From Hyphochytrium catenoides (taxonomy: Eukaryota; Protista; Hyphochytriomycota), in contig FLMG01000943.1 of the NCBI GenBank assembly GCA_900088475.1, forward strand, positions 57,402 through 121,401: DNA of 64,000 bases, written 5' to 3'. The position numbers were made by a program, and so were the translations under genes. Within the stretch, counting starts at the first letter, position 1; every line of letters begins with the position of its first letter. Under the pieces are notes generated by a model that made no database searches, was not told where the DNA came from, and saw nothing but the letters and a program-made list of their open reading frames with translations. This document shows, piece after piece, positions 48,095 to 60,894 of the stretch.

Positions 48095-51000
48095 TTAGGG
48101 TGAGTGACGCACGTGCGCAAGCTCTCCAGGGCATTCCCACGTGGTAGATCCTGTAACAACGTCATAGTAAAAAAAGTGCCCAGTAGCCTCGTCCACGTAG
48201 ACTTGCCAATTGCCTGTCTGCTGTATCATCGGGTTCTGTGATCGCCGATCGGTCCAACCCGAGGTGGAAGGGCCGGCGGGTTCTTCTCCCTGTCCGCCCC
48301 CACTAACGAGGGCGGGGGGAGGTTCCCATTGGCTCTGTCCTGTAGTAGGGTCATAATAGTATGTGCGCCCACTGCTTGGCTCGACTGCTTCGTACCACGT
48401 CGCCGTCGTGTTAAAGCTGCGTTCCGACTGGCCATAGTCTGACCTCCAAGTTCCTTCTATTCCAACGGAACCTTCTTCTGTGGGAGGCAGGATTACCGAG
48501 AGGGGACCAGGTATCGAAGGCGTGAATTGGAAGGAGGAAGGAGGAGCCCACTGTGAGACTCCGGTGATGGTATTATAATAATATACTTGGCCATGTGGGT
48601 CGGTCAACTGTTGCCATCCATCGTCCCGGGTATTGAATGCTGGAGAAGTTGAGGACGGCGGGATCCCATCGGAGACTCTTTCCACCTTAAAGCTTCCTGC
48701 ATGCCGGCTGCTGTCCTGTAGCTGTTCGTCTACCAACGCGAAAAGGGATGCGGAGGTCTGCACTCGCACTAAATCAGGACTTGGTGTCGTCAACGAAGAC
48801 GTCCTTTCCTTCTTCTCCTCCGCTGGCGGATAGTCTATCTTCTGCTCCTTCCTCGGACTAACCAGAAGAGAAGTTGAAGACGTTATGGATGGGAGGACCT
48901 CTGGAGGAGGTTCCCATCGAGATTCGCTTGTGATTGAGTTGTACCAAAACTTCTGCCTCGTTGCCTCATCGAAATACTCTTCCCAGCCCTCGGTGAGTGA
49001 GTTTACCTTTTTAGAGCTTATTCTCCTCAAAGTCCAGTCCGTTTCACTTTTTGGTTCCGAGATCCTGTCTTTTTGCGCGCCAATGACATCGAGGGAATTC
49101 TTTAAAGTCCCCGACACGGGTTCAGTTGGAGTGTATGCCACCGAGAAGGAGCCCTGCGGAGGCGCCCAGCTGCTTTCTCCCGTTTCCGGGTTGTACCAGA
49201 ATGGCTGACCACTGGCTTGATCTTGGTATTCTTCCCACCCTAAAGGAAGCTTTGCCATCTTTTTGGACTTCAGTCGTCTCATTTCCCAAGTCCTGCCTTC
49301 GTCTGTTGCCTGTTCAGCTTTTGCCAAGAGAGGAGAGGAGGAAGACGCAGGTGGAGTTGACACGGGTATTGAGGTGAAAGATGCAGTTGGCGGTTCCCAA
49401 CGACTCTCTCCCGTCTGCGTATTGTACCAGAAGGGTTTGCCGCTGGTTTCGTCACAGTATTCCTCCCATCCCAATGGAAGAACGTTCACCTTTTTGGACT
49501 GCAGCCTGCGCAGCTCCCATTTCTGAGCTCCTTCCTCTTTGTTCTCTTCGGCCTGGGTGCGGTTCGGTGGATTGAGCGAAGTAGAAGAAGATGTGGACTC
49601 GGCAATATGGGCCACTGAGTGTGACCTGATAGGAACATCTGAAGGAGGTGTCCAGCTGCTCTCGCCTGTCTCGCCGTTATACCAAAAGGGCTGTCCGGTG
49701 ACCTGATCTCTGTACTCCTCCCAACCCAGTCCAAAGGCACCCATTCTTCTTGAGTTGACACGGCGAAGTTCCCACTCCTTGGCGCTATTGTTATCCCCTT
49801 CTAGACGCGTCCCCTTAACTCCATCCTCTTTCCGCTTCCCGTCCTCATGTGATGGCTCATCCCATTGGTATACTCTAGTCGAGGGACAAAAAAAGAAGGA
49901 CTTGCCATAGCTCTTAGTATCCTTCATCACGTACTTTTCCCATCCGGGGACCGAGAGGGGAACACGGGATGATGTTGACCTCATCTCTTCCCAAAGACTT
50001 ATGTGCATTGAACCCTGAGAGGGCCCAACCTTTGTGCTTCGCTCTCCCTGACCCACACCTATCTCCGCAGGAATCTCCCACTGACTTCTTCCTGACTCTG
50101 CGTGGTACCAGAACGGCTTGAGCGAGACGGGATCGTAATATTCCATCCATCCTCCTGCAACCTCTCCTCTCCTCATGGAATTTTCCCGTCGCAAGCTCCA
50201 GGCGCTATTTGGAGCCTCCCACTGCGATTCACCGGTCTTGGCGTTATACCAGAAAGACTTTTTGGTGTTAGGGTCAATGAACTCTTGCCATTCGTTTATC
50301 GTCTTTGCAGAGCGAATGGATTTCTCTCGTAGAAGAGTCCAGTCAAGAGAGCCTTGGTCTTCAACTTTTGTCGTGGGCTCAGGAGGGGTAGCTTCAGAGA
50401 CCTTGTGGATATGCACAGGTGGAGGGCTAGGAGGCGGGGCGGGAGATGCTCCTATATCTTCTCTTGAGTCGCTGTCTTCAAAGTCTTCCTCGTCCAAAAT
50501 CTCTGCGTCTATGCTATCATACAAGTCCACGTGAAGAGAAGCCAAAGACTCCTTTATGGATGGTTTTGCGGCTCTGCCATCTGTGTGCTTCGCATCTCGC
50601 GCTTGCACTTCTGATTCCCTACCGCGTGAAGCAGAACTACCTGGCTCATTCTTCTCTCTCGGCAAGGTTCTATCTTCTGCTAGGATGTCACCTTGATCCT
50701 CCCGGTCCTTCCGCTCTTGCCCCTCCTGTTTCACCCGTCGAAACTCTTCCTGCAGCCTTTTCGCCTCTTCTTCCCTGTTTCTTGCTTCTTCCTCCTTCTT
50801 CCTCCTTTCTGTCTCCTCTTGTTGTCGCCGCAGAGCCTCTTCTGTAGCTCCTGATTCCTGGTCCTCCATGCATCGGTTGAGCTCCTCTTTATTTTTTGTC
50901 TCTACTTCTTTGCTCTTGTCTTCTAGGTCTTTCTTTCTCATCGCCGCCTCCTCTCGCTGTAGACGGATTTCTCTGGCTATCCGGTCCTCTGCTTCTTCAT

Positions 51001-54000
51001 TTGCTTGTTTGATGTCTTCCTGCCGCTGTTTCTCCTCTTCTTCCCTCTTTCTCGGTTCTTCTGCTTTTCTGTGATTTGTCTCTTGCTCCTCTTGTTGCTG
51101 GCTAAAGGCTTCTTGGCTAGCTATTCGCCACCTCTCTTCCTCCTTCGCTCTTCTGGTTTCTTCCTGTCGCTTTGCCTCTTCTGCCTTTCCCTTCTCCTCG
51201 TCCTCTTTCTTGCGGTGGTCTTCCTCCTCTTTCTGCCGTACCTCCTCCGCCTCTTCTCGCTGGCGCTGAACGTTTGTAGCCGAATGACGCTCCTCTTCCT
51301 CGTCCGCTTGCCTGAGTTTTTCCTGTCGCTGCGCCTCGCTCTTTCTGCTCTTCTCCTCCTCGTCCCTCTTTCTCCTCTCTTCCTCTTGGTGTTGCCAATG
51401 GACATCTTCTTTTCTGGATATTCGCCTCTCCTCTTCCTGCGCTACCGCTCTTCTGATTTCGTGACGCCGCTCCGCTTCCTCCTCCTCTCTCTTTTTAGAC
51501 TCCTCTCCTCTCTTTTTGGACTCCTCCTCTTCCGCTTGTTTCTTCTCTTCCTCCTCTTGTTGTCGCCGGAGTGCTTCTTCTCTCACTATCCGCCGCTTCT
51601 CCTCCTCCGGTCTCAGTTCCTCTTGCCGTTCACTTTCCTCTTTCTCCCTCATTCTCCTCTCTTCCTCATCTCGGTTTTTCTTTTCTTGGTCCTCTTTCTC
51701 CCGTTGAAGGGCAAATTCTCTCGTTATTCTCTGCTCTTCCTCCATCGCTCGGTTTTTAAGCTGATTCTTCCGCTCCGTCTCCTCGTCTTCTTTTCTCTGT
51801 CTCCTCTTTCCTTCCTCTTCTTGCCGCCGCTGTGCAGCTTCTCTCGCTAGCTGCTCCTCCTCCTCTGTTACTCGTCTTGACTTCTCCTCCTGTTTCCTCT
51901 GCTCCTCCTCCATTCTCCTTATACTCTCTTCCTCTTTCCTTTTCCTCTCTTCTTCCTCCGTCTTTCTTCTCTCACCTTCCTGCCGTTTTCTCGTTTCTTC
52001 CTCCTCTTCTTGTCGCTCAAGTGCGGCTTCTCTCGCTATTCGCCGCTGTTCCTCCTCTTTCGATCGCTGAAGGTGCTCTTGTCGCTCCCTCTTCTCCTCC
52101 TCTTCCCTCTTTATCCTCTTTTCCTCATCTCGCTTTATCCTCTCTTCCTGCCGGCGCTTCCTCTGTTCTTCCTCCTCTTGCTGTCGCAGGAGTGCGGCTT
52201 CTCTCGCTATTCGCAGCTCTTCTTCCTCCTTCGCTCGTTTACGTNNNNNNNNNNNNNNNNNNNNNNNNNNNNNNNNNNNNNNNNNNNNNNNNNNNNNNNN
52301 NNNNNNNNNNNNNNNNNNNNNNNNNNNNNNNNNNNNNNNNNNNNNNNNNNNNNNNNNNNNNNNNNNNNNNNNNNNNNNNNNNNNNNNNNNNNNNNNNNNN
52401 NNNNNNNNNNNNNNNNNNNNNNNNNNNNNNNNNNNNNNNNNNNNNNNNNNNNNNNNNNNNNNNNNNNNNNNNNNNNNNNNNNNNNNNNNNNNNNNNNNNN
52501 NNNNNNNNNNNNNNNNNNNNNNNNNNNNNNNNNNNNNNNNNNNNNNNNNNNNNNNNNNNNNNNNNNNNNNNNNNNNNNNNNNNNNNNNNNNNNNNNNNNN
52601 NNNNNNNNNNNNNNNNNNNNNNNCCTCTTGCTGTCGCTTGAGTGCGGCTTCTGTCGCTATTCGCACCTCTTCTTCCTCCTTCGCTCGTTTAAGTTGATCT
52701 TCTCGCTCCCTCTCCTCTTCCTCTTGCTGTCGCTTGAGTGCCGCTTCTCTGGCTAGTCTAATCTCTTCTCCCTCCCTCTTCCTTCGCTCCGCTTCTTCTC
52801 TCTGTCGTCTCTCTTCTTCCTCTCGCTTCCTCTGTCCTTCCTCTCGCTGCTTCCTCTGTTCTTCCTCCTCTTGCTGTCGCTTGAGTGCGGCTTCTGTCGC
52901 TATTCGCACCTCTTCTTCCTCCTTCGCTCGTTTAAGTTGATCTTCTCGCTCCCTCTCCTTTTCCTCTTGCTGTCGCTTGAGTGCCGCTTCTCTGGCTAGT
53001 CTAATCGCTTCTTCCTCCTTCCTTCGCTCCGCTTCTTCTCTCTGTCGCCTCTCTTCTTCCTCTCGCTTCTTCTGTTCTTCTTCCTCTTTTTGTCGCTTAA
53101 GTGCGGCTTCTCTCACTATTCGTCGCTCCTCCTTCTCTTTCGCTCGCTGAAGTTGATTCTGTCGCTCCCTCTCCTCCTCTTCCCTAATTCGCTTTTCTTC
53201 CTCATCACGCTTTCTCCTCTCTTCCTCCTCTTTTTGTCGCTGAAGTGCTGCTTCTCTCGCTATTCGCAGCTCCTCTTCCTCCTTCGCTCGCCTGAGTTGG
53301 TTCTGCCGCTCTTTCTCCTCCTTTTCTTCCTCCTTTCTCCTCTCTTCCTCCTCTTGCTGTCGTCTGAGGTCCGCTTCTCTCGCTAGCTGCAACTCCTTCT
53401 CTCTCACTCGTCTGACTTCGTTCTGACGCCTCCCTTCTTCCTCTTCTTCCTTCTTTCTCCTTTCTTTCTCCTGCTTTTGTCGCTGGATTGCAGCCTCTCT
53501 CGCTAATCTCTCTTTCTCCTCCTCCTCTCGACTAAGCTTCTCTTGGCGCTCTTTCTCGAGTGCTTCTCTCTTTCTCCTATCTTCCTCCTCTTTCTTCTTC
53601 TGCAATGTGACCTCTCTAGCTATGATCTCCTCCTGTTCTTTTGCTCGTCGGAAGCCCTCCTGCCGTTGTTTCTCCACCTCGTCCCTCCTTCTCTTCGCCT
53701 CCTCTGCTTGCCTCGTCTTGTTTGTCTCCTCTTTCTGTCGCAGCAGCACCATCTCTTTAGCTACTTGCAACTGCTCCTCCTCCTCCGCTCTTCTTACTGT
53801 GTCCTGTTGTTCGCCTGCCTGCACTTCTTCCTGCTTTTGCCTTAGATCCTCCTCGCTCAATGTTTCCAGCTCGGCTTCCGGCTGTCTGCTCCGTAGTTCC
53901 TGCTGTTCTTTCTCCTCCTTCCTTCGCGCTACTCTTCGAGAGAATACGAAAAGCCGGTAATTGGTCTGAATCACTTTGGCTGCTTGTCTCTTCATCACCC

Positions 54001-56407
54001 TTCGCCGAAGACGATCCCTTAGCATTAGGCCTTGAATTAGCCGGGCAGCGTCCTGAATGACAGTCTCATCCTCTTCTTCGTCGTCTTCCCATGAAGCTTC
54101 AGCTTCCCAGTCATCTGAAAACGCTGTTGCTGGCCCTTCCGGGTCAGCCATGGAAGCCTCTATCTCCCGGCTGATCTTCTTGACGATGGGACTGATATCA
54201 CTTGCAAAAGAAGGCGGAAGGAATTCCGAGTCACCTGGTTGCCCCGTTTCCTTAGACTCCATACTTATCTCCTCCTTAACTCCCTTGCTATCCCGCCCTA
54301 TGGTTGACGATATAGGACTCAACAGTGAAAGCTGGGCGGATTTTGCCCTACCGAGCAGTAGAGAGGCAGACTGAAGTGTGTCATCCTCCTCATCTTCCTT
54401 CTTCTTCTTCTCTTCAGAGGGTTTGTCCTCTGCTTTCAGCCTGCGGCGGCGGCTTGCCATAATCACGTCCCAGTCATCCTCATCCTCTACATCGGAGCCC
54501 ATGTCCGTGTTACTGACAGGTCCGACAGATGTTTCGCCAATGTGTCCCTTTCTCTGTTGACCTTTGCGAAGTAGATCATCTAGTTCCTTTAGGTTAATGC
54601 CCAGCTGCTCCTCCTCGGAGGATGCAACCCTGCCTTTTCCATTACTCTCTGTGAGTTGCTCTTCTGACTTAGAGGTTATAGGCTCGTCGAAATCTTCCTC
54701 ATAGGCCACCTCTTCCTCGCCACGACCTTGTCCAGAGAATTCAGTCTTTCCTGACAACGATACTGTCCCCACTCCAGCAGCGATCTCTTCTCCTGCCTCA
54801 ATTCCTGAAGAGGTGACCGAGGGGGCGAGAGAGAGTGATGTGGTGGCAGGAAACGTCGAAGAAGTCCTGGTATTTGTTGGAACGGGACGGGAGACCGGGG
54901 GCATAGATAATAGACGAGGTGGGGACGTCGAGCTGCCAAATGTCGATTTGGAAGCAGCTGCTGCGCTTGTCTCTCGGACCAGGGATGTGCGGCTAGAGTC
55001 AGAAGAGACCAGTTCTTTTCCATCATGTCTCTGTTCCAGTGAAGAGACGGGGTCTTTTCGGTCTTGCTCCTTCTTGAGTGCCGAAGAGGAAAGAGATTGG
55101 TGACTCCCAGTAAAGTATGTACCCCTGCTTCGGGAAAGAAACATTGTCGTTAGAGAAGAACGAAAGAACACAATTGGGACAATGACAAAAGCCTGCTACC
55201 AACTTCTTGAAAGGAAGCACTGACTCATAGGATAATGATAAGCTAGACTCTCAGCACGAAGAGGTAGCGGTAGTTAAAGCTAGACCCACCGAGACTCTCT
55301 TGAGTTTTGGACATCAATAGGAGCGAGGCTAACATTGCGACCTATCTCCACAGTCTTAGGTCGAACATCTGCAAGGAAATAGGCTTGTTTGTGCGAGGTG
55401 GCATTCCGTTCCCCTTCTTCCTCGTCTCCTCCCTCTGTCTGAAGATCAAGATCTTGGACCTGGCCTTCTTTGAAGCGGTTGATATAGTGCTCAATATGGC
55501 GAGAGCGTAACCTGTGAACGTATGCAGGCTTTTTCCACGGCTTCGAGGGACATGATCAGAGAAAATAAGATTCAAACGCATAAAATGACCAAGCGCTACC
55601 TTCTGCTTGTTCGCAATCTGTCGTTGAGGAGATTTCGGACCCTGCTCGTCTGCTTTCTTCCTTAGATCTCCCGCCGTCTTCGGCCTTCTCTTTATCTCCT
55701 GTCCCACTTTTTTGGCGGGAGTTAGCGTTTCCTTAGTTCCCTGAGCGGTAGCCTTCACGGTCCCCTGACCCGCGACTGTGTTGGGTTTGGGCGCTGTAAG
55801 TCTCAAGGATGGTGCCTTGGTGACCTTGCTTGCCTTGATTTTGGTAGGTTGTCTTGCTTCCTAGTTAGGATCACAGCTCCGAAGTCAGCCAGAGTTCTCT
55901 CGGACAAGGTATCGCAAGCAAGTCATTGCCGTATTGAGTGCTACGGCATAGACATAGCCGTTGACCTATCGTCTTTCTTCTTACCTGTAAAAGTAATTGA
56001 GTTTGTTGCTCAAGATTTCGAAGCCGTGAATCTCTGAACCCCGGCATCTTTGCGGCCATCTTGCCCCAACGGGTAGCGGCCTCATACTGCGCTGTCCCAT
56101 AACTGGAGCTTGGCGCGGCTGTACCGGGCCGCGAGGTATGCAGAGAACGTTCAGGACGCGCCGTACCTGGAGAGCGGCGAAGGGCAGGACTGGATTGAGG
56201 CCGTTCTTTGGGGCTTTTGTGGACTTCACTTGCAATTTCAACGTGTTCCAGATCTTCATCATTGTGACTCAGGTCCGGGCCGCCCTTACTTTTTTGTCTC
56301 TCGGTAGTCAGAGCAAAACTCTCTATATTATGGCGCCTGTCGTCACTACCCTCCTCACTCCATACTTGTATTGCCCGCTTGGCCGGGCGAATTCTACCAG
56401 GAGACAA
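48095..56407 (-). CDS. Giant protein (>2600 aa): disordered N-terminus, 2 IQ-like motifs, ~1000-aa E/R/K repeat rod, 10 WW domains; 5' end uncertain
   Basis: The final exon 55124-48095 joins phase-consistent upstream exons (...LLLQ|EARQPTKIK...NKQK|PWKKPAYVHRL...RESR|GTYFTG). IQ-like AARLIQGLMLR and AAKVIQTNYR. Ten W-x8-12-(F/Y)(W/Y/F)(Y/F)-x8-W-xx-P units. The CDS spans a 379-N gap. Confidence 0.88.
50700..53930 (-). repeat. Coding repeat array (~35-45 aa units) forming a charged helical rod
   Basis: Repeated RAKEEEE.RIAREAAL.RQ.EEEE.RKR units. A near-identical 243-bp-offset duplication occurs at 52624 vs 52867, next to the gap. Confidence 0.9.
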
Positions 56408-58098
56408 CTCTATGTCCCTGTCTTGGAGTGGGCTAAGGGGTCGGCATGGCTGCTAAGGTTTGCTTCCTCAAACTGGCGATTCTGATCCCGAGGAGACAAC
56501 TCTGCGAAGATGAAGTCATCGTCTCTAGGTAGCTGGTAAGGCGCTTGTGGTTAGTTTCGAGTGACGTCTCGCAGGATTGTGATATAGTAAAGTACCTGTT
56601 TTGGTATGGGCCCGATAGAAGCCATGTAGAAAGTCCTGTTGAGTTCAGGTCAGATACTCTGACAAGGGTCATGAAAGGAAGGGACGGAAGCTCTATACTA
56701 GAGAGGTTTGGGGAGTAGGGCGCTGTATAGAAGAGAAGTGAGCGTAAGTGCCCGAAAGACCAATGACAGACATAAGCTGCTGGCGAGTGCTGGAAGGATA
56801 GCGGGATCCTAAGCCACAAGCCGTGCGAGGACAGAGAATAGAAGTTAGCCAAACCTGTGGCTATCGTAAGCAAGCCCTAAGAGCTATGCGTGTGCCCCGT
56901 CGATGGAACATGGAGCACGATAGATTATTGGAGCGGAGGTAGATGTCCTCAGTCGCTAGGAGGATATAAGATAATAGCGTCCTGTACAGACCACTGTCTG
57001 CTGACCCTCGTTTGGATAAGAATATCGTGAAGGTGGTGGCGTTTGTTCACGGTGAGGGTAGCATTGCACAGAGGAAACCTTTCACTGATTCCCTGAGAGC
57101 CAGTATGCCAAATGCTGTCACGCGTCTCTAAATTCTCAGCCTGTTATAAGGCTCTGCGCAGAGTGAAGCGTATCAGACTTTGAAACCGGTAGGTGAGCTC
57201 TGATCGTTCATTGCTGCCACACCGTTATCGAGTCTGAACTGTGGCCTTCCCGGCTCCTCCCACTCGACTCCCTGCTCGCTCCTTCCCTTAATTGTGGGCG
57301 TAGTCGCTGTGCTACCCCTGGAATTCCATCGTCCAACCCATCTAGCTTCGATGGGAGGCGCTCTGCTCGTCCCGCCTCATTCTTCAGCCTCACCATGGCT
57401 GCGGTCATTCATCGCGGAAGTGAATGGCACTCAGGAAACTTCAGCACGTAACTGATGCTCGTCCTGGGTTCGACTCGTCCGTTTTTCCCTCCTCCAATCC
57501 CGCAACTCTGTCTCCTCTCTCTTGCACATCTCTGTCTCTCATAGGCGTGTATCTCTTTGGTCTCCTTTCATTCAGGTTTTGAACTTGACAAGGTAACTCG
57601 TCTTCCCGGTCCTCTATATCTCTTTCTAGCCTCTGTCTCATTTCAAGTTTTCAGACTTACCCCTGGAGCGTCGGCATGGACCTGATCAACGCCGACTGCC
57701 CAATCTCTGCCCACGCTGTGCAGTCATTGCGGAAGCAAGAAGGACTGAGTTGGCAGTTCGCCGCCCTCCAAACTGCTGCTCTTTCCAAGGGAAAGGACGA
57801 TGTAAAGAGAGCCGAGAGTGCGATGCATGGAAGAACAATTGCCAGGAGTCGTCTGGGAGGCAACAGTCACACTCCTCATGTCAGCTCTTACAGAGTGTCT
57901 TCTCTGTTTCTCGAATCTCTAGAAGGAAAGCAGCAATGCGCCTGCAGGAAGTTCACAGAGTAGCAAAACATTTCGCTCTTTATGTCTGCGAGCGGTGATC
58001 GGAAGTTCAGATTCATTCTATTAGTGAATAGAACTTCATATAACTTGGCCAGTGCCCACAACTGTCCTCCTCAACTAAGCTAAGAAGAGTTGCTAATT

Positions 58099-59816
58099 CT
58101 AGGGACCCCCAACGTTAAGTTGGCTAATCATCTGCGCCAGATACTGCTTTCCGTTCACTTGCTTGTTTTTAGGGGTACTCTTTGCAGCTCTAAGATGGTC
58201 ACCCTGTGAGATTTCATCCTCCTTTGCATTGGTGCCCAGTTTAAAGTCTAGCAGAGGCTGTTTAGGCTTCGCGGGAGAAGCTAAGCCGTTCTTCTGGATG
58301 ACCTGTTGAGAAGCCCTATTATGTGAAGTGGAGACGGAAGGTACCGACAGCAAGGACAAGTCAATCTTGGCGCCTGGCTTCGTAGTCTTGCCATACATGG
58401 GTGGCGTCGGTGCAAGACGGTCCTCTGCCGCCGAACAGCCATTGTGCTGCGCTCGGTATTCGTCTCCCATGAGCCACATACCTTCCTGCACCTGCTCCAT
58501 AAACTCTTGCTGAGGTCCAATAATCATACCAGGCCTAGATGGCATATGGGTACCCTTCATGAGTCAAACTGCAATTGGAGCTCAACCACATACCATGACG
58601 ACCTTGCCTTATATTCTCTCACTCTCTCATGCTGCAACCCGGCACTAATGCTTCTCCTACACTTTTAACTCACCTGCACAATCTCAGCCACCCAATGACC
58701 TCCCCAGCTGTAAACTTATAGTGCTTCATCAAGTAGGAGCCAATGAGGGACCCAGTTCTTCCAAGTCCGGCCTTACAATGGACAGCTAGTACACCTGGAG
58801 AAGCTTCCGCCTCAGCAAGAAAGTTCTTCAGAATCTTGTTAGGTGGGGTGCTTCCATCCAGGAAGTACATCTCTCTATGCTCAATGCCGGCACGAGTGAA
58901 GATAGACTCATCGTAGTACTTCTGGTTTAGCCTGACGACCATTGTAACACCATGCTTTAAGAAGTAAGGGATATAAGTGTCAGGTGTATGGGTGCAGTAG
59001 CCCTCAGGAGATACGGTAGATTCGCTGTGAGGCCCTGCGAAGGCAATGAACTTCTTTCCCACCCAGTGGAAGTCACCGTTCTCCACTTTTTCATAGTATT
59101 CGTACTCGTCGGCATCAAAGTCCGCAAAGTCAAAAAAGCCAAAGCGCAAAGCTTTTTCCATGCCCTTGGCCACGTCAAGAATGGTAAGATTATAAGTGCA
59201 GGCCGTTGGAGTTGCATCGTGAAAGGGCACAAAGGCCGGGTAGAAGTTTTGAAAAGGCCTGAAGGCTTCTTCTGCTGTCTTCTTTTCGTAGATGACACTC
59301 CAGCAGGTAATGAGACAGGCAGCGTTAGCTTGTCGGTGAGGATGTGTACCAGAGTAAAAGACGATGCGCTTTCCCTGAAGTTTGGGGTCTTGTAGCTTCC
59401 CATTGAGCATCTGACAAAATCTGTTGACGGGACCAGTGGAGTGGTTAGAAGTTAGATCAATTTGCCGTACCGTCATTGCCCTGTCTGGGCTTAGGGAACA
59501 TATGTCCGCAGAAGGACTGAAGCACAAAACCGTAATACATGAAGATATGCAGCCATGCTCAGGGCGACGTTGCACATAATGCTCTGGAGCAATGATGGAA
59601 AAGGGTAAGCCACTGATAGTTTCCTATCGCTTACCGATACAGCTGTCCAAGATTGAGGGGCCCAAAGTCCAAGAAGAAGTTCCAGTAGAGGAGCGTATCA
59701 TCAATAGTGAAATAATGGTCTCCAGAGGTCATGGTAGGAGGTGACCTCAAAGACATATAATACAGTCTATCAGGGACAATTTTGACAGCACCGCGAACTT
59801 CTAGCTCGTTTGGCAT
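58099..59816 (-). CDS. CDC14: Cdc14 dual-specificity protein phosphatase (~454 aa, 3 exons)
   Basis: Exons 59816-59635, 59420-58674 and 58534-58099 are in frame. Motifs FFLDFGPLNLGQLYRFC, YEYYEKVENGDFHW, catalytic HCKAGLGRTG, RPGMIIGPQQ. Confidence 0.97.
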
Positions 59817-60894
59817 GGTTCCTTTCTTATGCACTTTGCTCGTACTTCCAACCGAGGTCTACGCTCTGAATATGCGGTTGAGATACTAACGAATGACGGA
59901 GCTCTATTGACCGAGTGCCCTTAACAAAACTGAGCAACGAAGCAGATGGCACTCAGCAACAACTCTCACCAAGCACAAGCGGATAAGGCCCAAGCAGAAC
60001 TGGTCACAGGAAAGAAGATGACTCAAAGTACTTGCTATCAAATGGCGCTCCGTATTCGTAAGTGCATAGGATGCCAGGACGATTACCTTGAGACCTTGGT
60101 TCATCAATGACGGGCTGAAAGACTGCCGAAGAGATGAGGGAGAAGGGTCAGAAGGCGATGGGATGCCGGGGAGCTAGCCCTGGACTACCCTGCACCACAG
60201 AAGTAAGCTCCTCGCCCATCCCTGGCCGCGATGGCGAGAGAAGGGGAAGGAAGATAAGCTGATCGGATGAGAAGAAGGTGAAGGGGTAGAGTGTCAATAG
60301 AAGAGGAGGAAGTCAGAAGCCAGGCATGACGGAGAACGGAACAGGAGGAGCAGAGAAGCCAAGGCACTCTCAACTCTTTGCCTTGAAGGTAGAAGAAGAA
60401 GGGTAAAGGTACCATCACCCTCGAACCCCGCCTCCTCCTCCTATGAAGGACCACCAGGCATCATCAAAATCTGATTGAACCCAAAGGCCACGAGCCTATT
60501 ACGAATAGATCTGATGATTGGTATCGTTAGTGGAGATATCGGTAACAACCTCCACCATTGTCCCGAATACAACTCAGGTCGGTTACAGTGTCAGTTGAAG
60601 CTGCTTCCATTCCAAATCAAAATAAGAAGCAATATTATATAGAATATATGCCCGATATTGGGAATGGAGGCCTCTGCCTCAATGTACAAGGAGACAAGGA
60701 ATTGGACTATTGACCTTTGGAAAGCAGCGAAGATCGCGATAACCTTTGATCGCGACAGAATGTCCGCAATGCGGAACTCACATGCATTGAAGATCATCGA
60801 CCTCCGATCCCAGACCCGTCCCATCTCAAGAAAGATAGTTATAGCGGACAAACAACGCGAGACGGACCAGCTCAACTAAACTTCTCTGGGAGCT

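Noticed and set aside
50868-54560. Many plus-strand L/F/S-rich ORFs (e.g. 51005-51850, 52010-52756)
   Set aside because: Antisense shadows of the GA-rich E/R/K repeat coding strand
57464-57482. tRNA T-loop-like GGTTCGACTC
   Set aside because: No pairing T-stem, acceptor stem or D-arm around it
56980-57963. Possible small plus-strand spliced gene with a 17-nt micro-exon (...FELDK|TYPWSVGMDLINADCP...)
   Set aside because: Several mutually incompatible splice models exist on both strands and no domain is recognisable; it cannot be supported without RNA data.
60658-60879. 73-aa ORF upstream of the micro-protein
   Set aside because: No motif or splice support; it probably lies in promoter or 5'UTR sequence
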